A stretch of DNA of 64,000 nucleotides from Octopus sinensis. Its lineage: Eukaryota. A program made the translations under genes and the position numbers. The notes under the pieces were generated by a model, which was not told the DNA's origin, did no database searches, and was given only the letters and a program-made list of their open reading frames with translations. Location: assembly GCF_006345805.1 (NCBI RefSeq), contig NC_043004.1:21080001-21144000 (forward strand), written 5' to 3'. Below are positions 38,790-51,399 of the stretch, piece after piece; position 1 is the stretch's first letter, and each line of letters opens with the position of its first letter.

Positions 38790-39245
38790 CTCAGGATACC
38801 CCAAGACTGTTTCCACACATTTTCCCCCTTTCATCTTGATCTTCCATAATGGTCCTCAGCTCCTGTACCCTTTCCATACCAGTATCCTCCAGCAAATTGT
38901 TGATATAGGTCGTCTTCCTCTTTCCTTTCCTGGTTCTTCCTTCCATTGGTTGCCAGAGCACTAGCTTATTAACAATTCCATTGATATGTCTGATGTAGTG
39001 ACCAACTAACCTCATCTTTCTATGCTGTATCTTCAATGTTACTTTTGTTAGTCCCTGGTATAGGTCAGTGTTTGTTGTATGATTCTTACAGGAGACATCG
39101 AGTGCCATTGTAAGCATCCTCATATAACAACCATCCAACTGCTTCTTCAATGCTTTAGTGAGCATCCATGTTTCAACCCCGTAAAAAAGAACAAACTCCT
39201 TGCTAAATTTGAACTCCTTTCTCAGTTTATGGCCTTGTTCCAAAC
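38790..39245 (-). mobile_element. RTE-like LINE ORF C-terminal fragment
   Basis: LFYGVETW..LDGCYMRML..MRLVGHYIRH..LVLWQP..GKRKTTY. Confidence 0.85.
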
Positions 39246-39613
39246 TCTCTTGAAACTTGATACAGGATTTTGTTTCTTTCCTGAATTTGAGCCATCACTC
39301 ATCTGTTGTTATAATAGTAGTTCTGGGCCTACCAGATCCTTTCTTTTTTGTGTTCCAATCTTCTGGATGTGTAAACTTATCATTATAAGTAGAAAAATAA
39401 AGAGTTAATTCTTTTGGTAGCTTTTGTGTTAGAGAATATTTTGTGATAACTTCATGAAAAATAGAATTTGATTTTGAATATCCACATCAGTCACATCAGC
39501 ATGGAATTTCATTTCCCTTGAAAGCAACTCACTTGAAACAAATCTTAGCTAATGTAGCTATTCATGTAATTAGAGCAATTTATGCAGAGCTTTTGCTTTG
39601 ACTCTTTAATGCT

Positions 39614-39807
39614 TAACTGACCACTGGTCTAAAAACATTCAAGCCAACCAAATCTGATATCTCACACCTACCCTACAATTTCATTCAAAAATAAGCAATC
39701 ACATCTTCGAAATCTTAAAGCTATGAGATTATACATGATTATCTTTAAACATTGTGGATAAATAAGTATCACATTTGACAGAATAATCTAAATTCTAAAG
39801 GCTTAAA
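39614..39807. mobile_element. Probable TTAA-bounded MITE
   Basis: Bounded by ttaac and ggcttaa; a partial inverted homolog lies at about 35975-36035. Confidence 0.45.
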
Positions 39808-40080
39808 CATGAAAAGAAACATCTTGAACTCTTTCAATTAAAAGAAACCTTAAATTACACATCTTGGCTTTTTAAATATTTGTTTGCAAACTTTTTATCT
39901 GAATAATAATACAAAGCAACCTGTGATTTAAGAATGTAAAAATGAATATCTGGAAATTTTCAGTGCTTCATTTTTCTAAATAAAACTTTCTGCAACATGT
40001 TTTATGAATATAAAATGTTTTTCTCTTAAAACTTCTGTTAAGAGCATATGGAGAAAGAAGTAAAGTGCATATTAAAATTG

Positions 40081-40116
<36 letters not shown>

Positions 40117-40493
40117 TACAATTTATGTTACTAGATTAACAAAAGTGTATGGTTTATTGCTTTTACCATGATGTGTACACATACCTGCACATAGAGATAC
40201 ATTGAGAGAGGGAGTGGAACGAAGAGATTAGTGTATGATAAAGGGATAGAGGTAGCCCTTTTACTGTCTAGCAGATACTCAGCTACTACAGTAGGACAGG
40301 GGTGGAAAGTAACATGGGAAAGAATTAGAGAGAGAATAGAGAAACAGTCAGATTGAGTTAGAAAGGACCTGCTTACAGGGAACAGTGGGGTGTGTATGTT
40401 GTACAGGCAGGTAGAGGAGGATATTCCACAAGAGTCTGAGGGGAGATGTTTAGAGATAACAGAGATTGCAAGTGATGTTGAGAAGAATTGAAT

Positions 40494-40901
40494 GTTGCTG
40501 GGAGTGAAGCATTGCAGGTATGTGAGGACATGGAGGCTGTGCAGGTAAGCACATGGGGGGTGGGGGTGGAGGGGCCTGCAGTGGAGGAGGTGGAAGATGT
40601 GAGGAAGATGGGTTGTGCAGGAGTTTGATAAAGGACAGAATTATGTGTGCATTTGAGGTGGGGTGTGGCTGTAAAGGTCATACCTCTATGTATGGATGAC
40701 CATGATTTTACTTAGCTTGACCTTTACAGCCACACCCCACCTCAAATGCACACATAATTCTGTCCTTTATCAAACTCCTGCACAACCCATCTTCCTCACA
40801 TCTTCCACCTCCTCCACTGCAGGCCCCTCCACCCTCCCCCATGTGCTTACCTGTACACCCTCCATGTCCTCACATACCTGCAATGCTTCACTCCCAGCAA
40901 C
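40494..40901. repeat. Near-perfect inverted duplication (~185-bp arms, 37-bp spacer)
   Basis: 40494-40680 is the reverse complement of 40718-40901, with only a few substitutions and one small indel. Confidence 0.97.
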
Positions 40902-41290
40902 TCTTCAGTGAGATTCAGCATCTGAAGATCCTTTCTCCCTATTTTGTTCCCCATCTTTCTGGGTCAACCCCTTCCACAGGTTCTCTTCACAATTAGAGAT
41001 CAGCATTTCTTTATGCAGCTGTCCTTATCCATCTACATCATATGACCATACCAGCACAGTCTTCTTTCTTGTGCTCTACATCTGATGCCTCTAATACCCA
41101 ATTTTTCCCTTAAAATCTTCAAAAGATCCCACTACACATTTGAAGTTTATTCTCTGTACATTCATAGTGTTTATTGTATTTGCACATCTGCCATACACAA
41201 AAACTACTTTCACTTTTAACCTTTCCATGCTGCACCTTTTACTGCTGCACCACTTATGTGTCCGTAGTTTGCATTGGGTACTCAGTGTGC
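40902..41290 (-). mobile_element. Decayed RTE LINE 3' region
   Basis: Homologous to 4180-4390 (ccttccacaggtt..atgaccataccagc); TQCKLRTHKWCS Cys-rich segment. Confidence 0.75.
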
Positions 41291-41370
41291 TTATCCAAAG
41301 ATAAAATAGCACTGATAATTAACGCACTGACAAGTACACTTGTTTCAGGTATAAAAAGAAAGGTTCTAAG

Positions 41371-41688
41371 AGGCGCAATGGCCCAGTGGTTTGGACAGTG
41401 GACTCGCAGTTGGAGGATCGCGGTTACGATTCCCAGACTGGGCGTTGTGTGTGTTTATTGAATGAAAACACCTAAAGCTCCATGAGGCTCCGGCAGGGGT
41501 GGTGGTGACCCCCGTTGTACTCTTTCACCCCAACTTTCTCTCAGTCTTTCTTCCTGTTTCTTGAGTAACATTGCAATGGACTGGCGTCCCGTCCAGCTGG
41601 GGGGAACACATATGCCATGGAAACCGGGAAACCAGGCCCATGAACCTGGCTAGGCTTGAAAAGGGTGCATAAATAAAACATAAATAAA
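41371..41688 (+). mobile_element. tRNA-derived SINE of a distinct family (V-domain-like core)
   Basis: A box tggcccagtgg, B box ggttacgattcc, core gcaatggactggcgtcccgtccag..ggaaaccgg, (taaa)n tail. Confidence 0.75.
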
Positions 41689-42239
41689 TCTAAGAGAAAT
41701 ACTTCTACTGTTGATGGCAGGGGTGGGAGCTACTCTACATCAGAAACTTATTAATAAAGGAGGCCACATAAAATATTCAACAAGCTAAGAATAAAATTGC
41801 TGGAAACGAAATTTCTAAAATGAAGCAGACAAACAAAACTAACTGAAATAGTATGGATGTACAGAATATACATATTCAGGAGAGTATGGATGAGAGCTGG
41901 CTCAGCACATTTTACAAGAATAAATTAATTTAAATAGTGTTTAACATTAAGACAGCATGGTTTTAGACATAGGCATTCAGTTGAAATAAAACTAGATGCC
42001 ACCATAATTAAAGTAAGGAAGAAAGCTTATCTGAACAGTTTTCCATTCACTGCAGACATTTAATGGTTGGGTAATCTGATGTGAGTGAAGTAAAGTAAAT
42101 GCAAATGAAATTTATAAGCGAGATAGGAGGCTTTCAAGATAGAAGTCTAACCATAAGCCATGAAGGACTAAGCCACATGGCCACCTCATACCAGGTGCAT
42201 AGTAATAAAGGGGACTAAATATAATATTCAACATGATAT

Positions 42240-42321
42240 ATCTATCTAGCTAGCTAACTGTCTGTCTGTTTGTCTATCTGTCTGTCTGTCTGTCTGTCTG
42301 TTTGTTTGTCTGTTTGTCTGC

Positions 42322-42369
<48 letters not shown>

Positions 42370-42555
42370 TTATCTGTCTAACTATCTATCTATTTATCTA
42401 TCTATTTATCAATTTATCTATCTATCTATCTTTTTATCTGTCTATCTAACTATCTATCTATTTATCTATCTATTTATCAATTTATCTATCTATCTATCTT
42501 TTTATCTGTCTGTCTATCCATCCATCCATCCATCCATCCATCCATCCATCCATCC

Positions 42556-42637
<82 letters not shown>

Positions 42638-42640
42638 TAT
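42240..42640. repeat. (TCTG)n/(TCTA)n/(TCCA)n tetranucleotide array
   Basis: Directly visible. Confidence 0.95.
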
Positions 42641-42692
42641 TATACTTATTTGTATCATCATCATTAGCAACATGTAATGTTCATATTCCATA

Positions 42693-43226
42693 TTAGGTTG
42701 TCCGGAAAGTCCTGAAAGTTTTTTTAATTTGCAAAAAAAGGATACACTTCATGATCCATACTTTTAGAAACTTCCAACTTCTCTGCAAGTCCTCTAGTCA
42801 GAATATTTGAGTTTTCGTTGATTTTTCCCTTCAAAACATCTTCATTCAATTTTGAAGGTCTTCCACTGTGACTGTCATCTTCGAAGCTAAACTCTCCATC
42901 GTTGCAAACCACCTTCAAACAGTTGATTCACCAATAGCATCATCACCATAAACTTTGCTAATGTTTTTGCAAGTCTTTACAGCATTTTCTCCTTTTTTTA
43001 AAAAAGAAAAGCATCACAATGTGAATATGAATTTTTTGCCTAATTTCAAATGTCAACAAAAGGTAGCCAGAAGGAAAGACAAAGCTATTTTTAGTTAGGA
43101 ACAAAGAAGAGATGAACTACCACTTCAAGCAACACCAAAGTGTTAACTGTGTTATGCTTCAGACGTGCTCAATGAAGCATTAAAGGATTTAGCTTAAAAA
43201 CGCTCAGAATTTTCCAGAAAACCTTA
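42693..43226 (-). mobile_element. Internally deleted mariner with both TIRs
   Basis: TIRs ttaggttgtccggaaagtcctga and tcagaattttccagaaaacctta flanked by TA; peptide FSFEDDSHSGRP..LAEKLEVS. Confidence 0.8.
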
Positions 43227-43289
43227 TACATGGATCGGATGGTTTGAAAGGATCTGATGGGTCAAGGACTGTATCATGCACCAGTGTCC

Positions 43290-43990
43290 ATAGAACATAG
43301 CTGTTTACACACAAGCAGCACACAATCTGCCTTTCACTCTGAGAGAGGGGCCTTTTGTTGCCAACAAAGTTAATAGTTCTCTGAACTTATTTCTTCTTAT
43401 TCTTATCCAGGTAACTATACTTTCAGAACATCCTCCTCTACTTCTAATTAGGTCATCTAGGTAACAGAAAATATTTTACAACTTCTTGGGAGCCTCTTGG
43501 GCATTTGCAGAAAATCTAATTTCCATGCATATTTAGTATTTATTGCTCCTGTGTATCTGCCACTTATAAAAATGACTTTCTCTATTAACCTACACGTGAT
43601 TCCACAGCACCTCTTATGTGTGTCCATAGCTTGCACTGGATGCATCAAATGGAATACCTTCCAGCACCTTTCCTACATTCCCTGGTCCATTTACCTGATA
43701 GAAGGAGGGTCTTATTTGGTTTCTTGCTAATGAAAGCTTTGGTCTTTGTTAAGTTAACTTTAAGGCCTTTTGATTCTGGGTTTTGCTTCTCTATTTCGAA
43801 TTTCTTTTCCCCTTCAGCATTAAATTTTGCTATAGGAGTAAGATCAACAGCACAGAATAATTCCAATGGGCAGCTAATCTCAAATTCTACTGTTATGGCC
43901 AGAAGAACTATGAAGGATAAGAGGGTTCTGAGAACTGATCCCTGGTGGACCCCTTGTGTGCTAAATTCATCACTGAACTGAAGGTTGACT
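43290..43990 (-). mobile_element. Decayed RTE LINE RT fragment
   Basis: GVHQGSVL..CPLELFCAVDL (YADD-like), ESKGLKVNLTKTK and THKRCCGI. Confidence 0.8.
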
Positions 43991-44004
43991 AATAGTACTT
44001 TGCC

Positions 44005-44076
<72 letters not shown>

Positions 44077-44189
44077 ATAATTTGTGGCGTAAGATTCCCG
44101 ATGTGAAGTCATGTGTTTAAACAGATATTGTTATTGCACAAAGAATAAATATATAGGGCATGTATTTATTGGCAAAAAAGGGAGAAATT

Positions 44190-44208
44190 ACCATCCCAAA
44201 ATACAACA

Positions 44209-44239
<31 letters not shown>

Positions 44240-44328
44240 ATAATATGTATATATATATTATATATATATATATAATATATATATATATTTATGTATATAA
44301 ATATAATATGTATATAAATATATATATA

Positions 44329-44410
<82 letters not shown>
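44190..44410. repeat. Long (TA)n tract
   Basis: Directly visible. Confidence 0.95.
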
Positions 44411-45850
44411 GCATATATGTATGTAAATATTTTCTTATTGTTTGGGGTATATGTATATACCCTCATGCAAGTGAAACTGTGCTTCATTACAGCAGATAAA
44501 ATGAATGTCATTTGCTTGGCTAATTTCCAAAGAAATAGAATAGAGTATTTTTGAAAATGTCAAGAAAGGAATGAAGAATTTCGGTTTTGCTATTACCTAA
44601 TCATCCCTCACCTCTTCCTTCTCAGTAGAAATTCTGAAATGGAATGGAACAGTTACAGTAAACAATGTGAAACTCAAGGACAACAACTACAACAATAGGA
44701 ATTACAGAATTAGTGAATGGTAACATCTTCTGCTACAGTAAATTCCATTTCATGGAATCAGTGAATTATATGGGATGGGATGACAAGAATTAGATATAAT
44801 TACTCAGAGATTTTATTGATGAAATCAATAGTACATTTAGATTGGTTGTTTAATCACCATCCCATGACGACGATGATGATCCTCCCCCCTTCCCTCTTCC
44901 CCACCTCCTCCTCCGCATCATCATCATCATCAGTAGCAGCACCGGCATCACAAATACCATCATCATCATCAACATCATTAGCATCATCATCATCATTTTT
45001 GTTGTTGTTATCACAATCACCATCACCACTATCACCACCACCGCCACCATCACCAACACTACCACCATCACCAACACTACCACCACCACCAACAACAACA
45101 TCACCACCAACAACAACATCATCATCAGCAACTACCAGCATCATGACTACGACCACTACCATGACGACCACGACCGCCACCACCTGTAACAGCAGAGACT
45201 CATTGTCATTCTCTGTAGAATTGTCGCTACCACTACTAACATGGTGACCGCAATAATGGCCTACTCCACCTTCCACTCTTATTCCTTATTGTTTTTTATT
45301 TGCGCTATTATAGTTTGTTGTTATTCTCTAATTGCCTTAAAGCTTTGATCCTATTTAAGAAATCACCACCACCACCACTACTGCTATCATTGCCACCATT
45401 TCTGTTACCACCATCACTGCCACCACTACCATTGACACCACTGCTACTACAGCCATCATCATTACTACTTTGATACATCACCACCACCACCACCACCAAC
45501 ACACCACCACCACCTTTACTGCTACTACTACCACTACCACCACTATCACCACCTCTACTGTTGCTGCTACCACCACCACCACCTCTACTACTACTACAAT
45601 ACTACTACTACTACTATATCAATAAGAGAATTATTTACCTCCTACCTTATTTCCTTCACTCTTCTCTTTCCCACAGGTAAACTTGTTGCCAAACTTTACC
45701 AAACTGAAATCAATTGATATAAATAACAGATCAATAAACTGAAGGAAGATAATGATTAATTAGGGCAGCAGACATAATCAGTCGAAATCTATTGACATGG
45801 TTACCTACAACTGCAACAAGGACAACAATAATACAACCACAGCAACACTA

Positions 45851-47605
45851 CCACCGGCAAAGCTCCAGGCTCTGACGCCATCCCTGCAGAGGTGTTCAAG
45901 TCGGGAGGCCCCACCATGATCAGTCAGCTCACCAGCCTGTTCCAGTCGATGTGGGACAGGGAACAACTCCCTCAAGATTTCCGGGATGCAACAATCGTCC
46001 ACATTTATAAGCGGAAAGGAGATCGGCAGTCCTGCGACAACCACCGAGGTATTTCCCTCTTGTCCATAGCAGGCAAGATCCTGGCCCGGGTCCTGCTTGA
46101 CCGCCTTCTGGAACACTTGGAGCAAGGCCTTCTCCCTGAGAGCCAGTGTGGCTTCCGTGCGGGTCGAGGGACCACTGACATGATATTCGCCGCCCGCCAG
46201 CTCCAGGAGAAATGCATGGAGCAGCACCTTGACCTCTGCATGACCTTTGTTGACCTCACCAAGGCCTTTGATACAGTCAGTCGGGAGGGACTATGGAAGG
46301 TCATGGGAAAATTTGGTTGCCCCAGCAAATTTATTGCAATTGTCCGCCAGTTCCACGACGGAATGACAGCCAGAATCCTTGAGGACGGCGACTCATCTGA
46401 AGCCTTCCAGGTGACCAACGGAGTCAGGCAGGGCTGTGTCCTGGCCCCAACACTGTTCAGCATCATGTTCTCGGCAATGATGTCCGACGCCTTTAGGGAC
46501 TGCAAGTCCGGTATCAACATCAAGTACAGGACAGACGGAAACTTTTCAACTCCAGGAGATTGCAGGCTGTCACAAAGGTGAGGGAGACAGTCGTCAGAGA
46601 CTTTCTCTTTGCTGACGACTGCGCCCTTAATGCAATCGATGAGCAGGAGATGCAGCTCGAGATGGACAGGTTCTCATCAGCCTGTGACAACTTCGGTCTC
46701 ACCATCAGTGCAAAGAAAACCGAAGTGATGTTTCAGCCAGCCCCCGGCAAACAATACCATGAGCCTCAGATAAGGGTGAACGGACGGATCTTACGAGTGG
46801 TGGAAAACTTCACCTACCTGGGCAGCACTCTCTCCTGCAATGCCAACATAGATGCTGAAACCATCAACAGAATCTCCAAGGCAAGCAGCGCGTTTGGGAG
46901 ACTGCGAGAGAAAGTCTGGGAGCGGAGAGGAATCAGCCTCAACACCAAGCTGAAAGTCTACCGGGCAGTCGTGCTTACCACTCTACTATACGGCTGCGAG
47001 ACGTGGACTGCTTACCGAAGGCACGAGCGCCAGATAAACCACTTCCATCTCAGGTGTCTTCGGAATCTCCTTCACATCCGCTGGCAGGACAAAGTCCCAG
47101 ACACGGAAGTTCTGAAGCAGGCAGATCTCCCTAGCACCATCACAATCATGCGCAAGGACCAGCTGAGATGGGCGGGCCATGTCTCCCGCATGTCCGACAC
47201 TCGCATCCCAAAACAGCTCTTCTACGGTGAACTCGGCCAGGGCAGGCGCAAAGTCGGAGGGCAGAAAAAGCGCTACAAGGATAGTCTCAAGGTCTCTCTC
47301 AAAGACTTCTCCATCGGAACAGAGACCTGGGAGACACTTGCTGCCAACCGCTCATCCTGGCGCAGCGCAATCACCGTGGGAGCAGGGACAGCCGAGGAGG
47401 GACGGATTCGGTCAGCGGAGCAGAAACGTCAGATGCGTAAAGTCAGAGCCGCCTGCACCAGTAGCACTGCCCCTACCCACTTCTGCCCCACCTGTGGGAG
47501 GGGCTTCCTTGCCCGGATTGGCCTCACCAGCCACCTCCGGTCTCATGGCGGCAGTTCCATCAGATGATGTCAGTTGGTCATCTTCGAACCGAAGGACGAA
47601 CATTA
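45851..47605 (+). mobile_element. Young 5'-truncated RTE/BovB-like LINE
   Basis: GKAPGSD, RGISLLS, ESQCGFR, FVDLTKAFDTV, GVRQGCVLAP, LFADD, YLGS, WAGHV and a terminal C2H2 finger CPTCGRGFLARIGLTSHLRSH; 3' stem-loop, (att)n tail, possible taccacc TSD. Confidence 0.97.
45856..47567 (+). pseudogene. RTE reverse transcriptase ORF, N-terminally truncated, single frameshift
   Basis: ORFs 45892..46581 and 46560..47567 join if one A is restored at 46539-46541 (DGKLFNSRRLQ); no other lesion seen. Confidence 0.9.
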
Positions 47606-49978
47606 TTATTACCACCACCCTCACCACCACTAGAAATACTAATATCTGTGCCAATCATTAACAACAGCATCACCACTAGCAACAACAATGACACCCCCCC
47701 ACACACACCCAGCAGTACTGCCAACAACAACAACAATAACAGTGCTACCCTCACCCACCAGCCATACCAGCACCACTGTTGCCGCCCTTGCCACCACCTT
47801 TATTAACAGCTGGACCAAAATAACAACAATACAAATAATTATTACCATGTGAAGGAAGAGCTGTTACAAGAATTTGAACCCTTATCCACAACTTTGCAAC
47901 AAACTCAAATAAATATATGTGTGTGTGTGTGTGTGTTATAACTGATTTATTTCACTTCCAGAAATAACTTACATTGACCTGCTGAGAAGATAGTGTTAAC
48001 TCTTAAGTTGTTGCTCAGCCTGTTGGAAATAACAACTAAATCTCTCTCAGATCACACCCAACCACTGTTTTTTTTTTTTAGATGGAAGGATAAGTTTTCT
48101 TATATAGAATTAGAAGGGTCATGACAGGGATGCCCTCAATAATAAGTCTGTCTAGACTGAGGCAAACTCAAGTTGAAAAACATCAATAGTTACTAATGTC
48201 TCTTTAGATATTTGAGCTGTTATTCTGCTGTTTAACAGTGATGTACCAACAGATTTACTGCTATGGCCTACAGTAGTTTTTATACTGTCTGTAACCCATA
48301 CAATCTTACTTGTGACCCACACAGTATTTTCTAAATAAAAGCAAATATCAATGATGAACCATTATTCAAACTTTGATTGACCTTGTGCCAAAATTTGAAA
48401 CCATTATTCATGCTATGATAATAGCAAAAAGCAGCACTGTCCGCTCTTTGTGTGGCCCACATCTAAGCTATACAACTTATTTCTGTATGCAACAATCACA
48501 AAGTCTGAGGTCTATGCATTATTGCTGTATATAACATTGACAAAAAAAAAAAAATTAAATTGCACTTAATCTATTTTATTTGAAGTACAAAGCATCTAAA
48601 TAACTATCTTGTTTTATTGCAAATTTTGAATTTGTATTTGAAAGTTTTCCACTCTTAATTTTCCTATCCACAAACTGAATTTATTGTTTATTCAATAAGT
48701 TAGCTATAAGCCAGCTGTATTAAAACTTTCAAATTACATTTAAAAAAAATCTATTTTAGTACTTCATGTTAGACAAGAATTAGAACATTAGATGTCTTCA
48801 TAAAATTAAGTATTCATGTCAGTTTTATGAAAAGTTTGTGGTTAGCAAAGAAAACTGTGTAAGTCTATAGACACATGACAATAAACTCTTTTTCAATATC
48901 ACAAGCACACGGTCACTACAGAAATCAATGATAAGTGCAAAGCTTACTACTAAACCATCATACACTAGACCTCACTCTATTCCATTGTGATAATATATCT
49001 TCGATGTTGCCAAAACAGTATGTATAGGAACTAATCTTTTCTTTTCAGAAGTACATACAGTCTGATTAACTATAGACCATCTACAAAGGTGAGGTGTGAT
49101 TAGCATTGAGGATGTGACTGACATTTGTATAATGTAGCTACACAATGTAGCTATACACACATTGAGGATACGGCTCACGCATCTTACATAGTCCTTCCCT
49201 CCCACTTTCTTCTTTATTGTTTTTCTTTTGCTATTTTTATTTAGTTATTATTCTACTTGCTTCTAGCAAATTACATCCTTGTGCCAAAATTTGAAACCAT
49301 TATTTGAAACCAAAAGATCCGTATTCACACTTTTACTTTAGGGATACCATCTACATATTTTGTATAGGGTAGTTACTCACACACATACACACATGTACAT
49401 ACACTCACACTCTCTCTCTCTCACACACATACACACATGCATGCAGAGAAACCAACACTAAATATTTATACTTGTTATGCTGTAAATAACACCCAACCAT
49501 CTCTAAATTCATGATACATGAGACTACATTCAGGCAATGTAGTACTAAATACATGATGTCTGAAAGCAATACTTGGATACTGGGATGGAACTCTTTTTAT
49601 CTTAAGTGTGTTCAATCTGGGGTGACTTGGGGCCAGTGCTATCTAAAGGCAGGGGCACACTGGGCAATTAGGGATTCATTTCTGATCTATGTATGATTTG
49701 TCTTGCTGTCAATAAATAAATACTATAGGGCCCAGTATATTGATTTGCCTGGGGGCCTACAATGCTGCTAAGACAGCTTGCCCGGGGTTAAACATCAACA
49801 ATAACACACACACAAATGATCTAACATGCACACCATGAAATCTTTAGCAAATTGATAAAGACTCACCAACCATTGAGCAAAACTGCTTTAGTATTATTCA
49901 TACATATCTCATTCTCCCATCTACTAATCCTACCATATTTATAACAACCTTACCCAAAGAGTAAGTTACACAGTGTAT

Positions 49979-50215
49979 AGGCGTAGGAGTGGATGTGTGG
50001 TAAGTAGCTTGCTTACGAACCACATGGTTCCAGGTTCAGTCCCACTGCGTGGCACCATGGGCAAGTGTCTTCTACTATAGCCTCGGGCCGACCAAAGCCT
50101 TGTGAGTGGATTTGGTAGACGGAAACTGAAAGAAGCCCATCTTATATATGTAAAAGCGGTGCTCCAGCATGGGCACAGTCAAATGACTGACACAAGTAGA
50201 AGAGTAAAAGAGTGT
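49979..50215 (+). mobile_element. SINE family A with internal deletion
   Basis: 5' half joined directly to the gcggtgctccagcatgg tail. Confidence 0.85.
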
Positions 50216-50289
50216 AAGAGATAAGTACAAAAGAAATATTGTACCTAAGAATAAGGTATTTCTTGGATCTCAGTACATATTTGCATATA

Positions 50290-50522
50290 TTGGTTTCAAA
50301 TTTTGACACAAGGCTGGCAATTTCAGGTAAAGGGGTAAGTTGATTACATTGACCCCATTGCTTAACTGGTACCTATTTCATTGACCCTGAAAGAATGAAA
50401 GGCAAAGTCGTCCTCAGCAGAATTTGAACTCAGAACATAAGGACAAATGAAATGTTACTAGTATTTTGCCCAGCGAGCTAGCAGGATTCTTGTTCTAGCA
50501 ATTCTGCCAGTTTGCTGACTTA
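50290..50522 (-). mobile_element. SINE family B
   Basis: Collinear with 20540-20755. Confidence 0.8.
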
Positions 50523-50803
50523 ATACTGGCATGATTTGAAAAACAGTTGTTTATAGAAGAGAAGTGGAACCCAGAAGAAGCTCTGGTGTATTTTCTTCCT
50601 CCTCTACTTCTCCAAAACAACAAATTGGTAAAAAAGTGGGGGTTTTTTTTTTGATTTTTGAGACAGTGTTTTATGACTGAGTTATCTACTTCTTGTGAAC
50701 CCTTTCGATTGCCTCTTGCAACACATAGAGAAATGATGTACTTAATCTAATCTAAAGGTATGATGTACACAGCTGCATATAGACACGATATATATATATA
50801 CAT

Positions 50804-51205
50804 AGGCATAGGAGTGGCTGTGTGGTAAGTAGATTGCTTACCAACCACATGGTTCCGGGTTGTCTCACTGCTTGGCACCTTATGCAAGTGTCTTCTACTG
50901 TAGCTTCGGCCCGACCAAAGCCTTGTGAGTGGATTTGGTAGACAGAAAGTGAAAGAAGCCCGTCATATATATGTATATATGTGTGTGTGTATATATGTTT
51001 GTGTGTTTGTGTTTGTCCCCCAACATCGCTTGACAACCGATGCTGGTGTGTTTACATCCCCGTAAGTTAGCGGTTCGGCAAAAAGAGACCAATAGAATAA
51101 GTACTAGGCTTACAAAGAATAAGTCCTGGGGTCGATTTGATTGACTAAAGGCCGTGCTCCAGCATGACCAGAGTCAAATGACTGAAACAAATAAAAGAGT
51201 AAAAG
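50804..51205 (+). mobile_element. SINE family A
   Basis: Full-length match. Confidence 0.9.
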
Positions 51206-51399
51206 TGTATACATATATACAAAGAGAAAGAGAGAGAGAGAGAAACAAAAATCTAAGGAGTATATTGATGGTCAGTGACAATAGGGCTTGTATTATTTGA
51301 CAGAAAAAGCCAAGTGAGATAGCTATGCTGAATGGAGTATCCAACATTTTAGATGGAGTCCTCCTTCAAAATAAATATGACAGACGGGGAATAGAATAC

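Noticed and set aside
44780-45600. Ser/Thr/Pro-rich mucin-like ORF and Gly/Asp-rich antisense ORFs
   Set aside because: Degenerate CAT/CAC/CTA triplet tract with no domain or splice support; the same applies at 60790-61000 and 62540-62830.
45805-47661. Antisense and alternate-frame ORFs over the young RTE
   Set aside because: Shadows of a GC-rich coding sequence.
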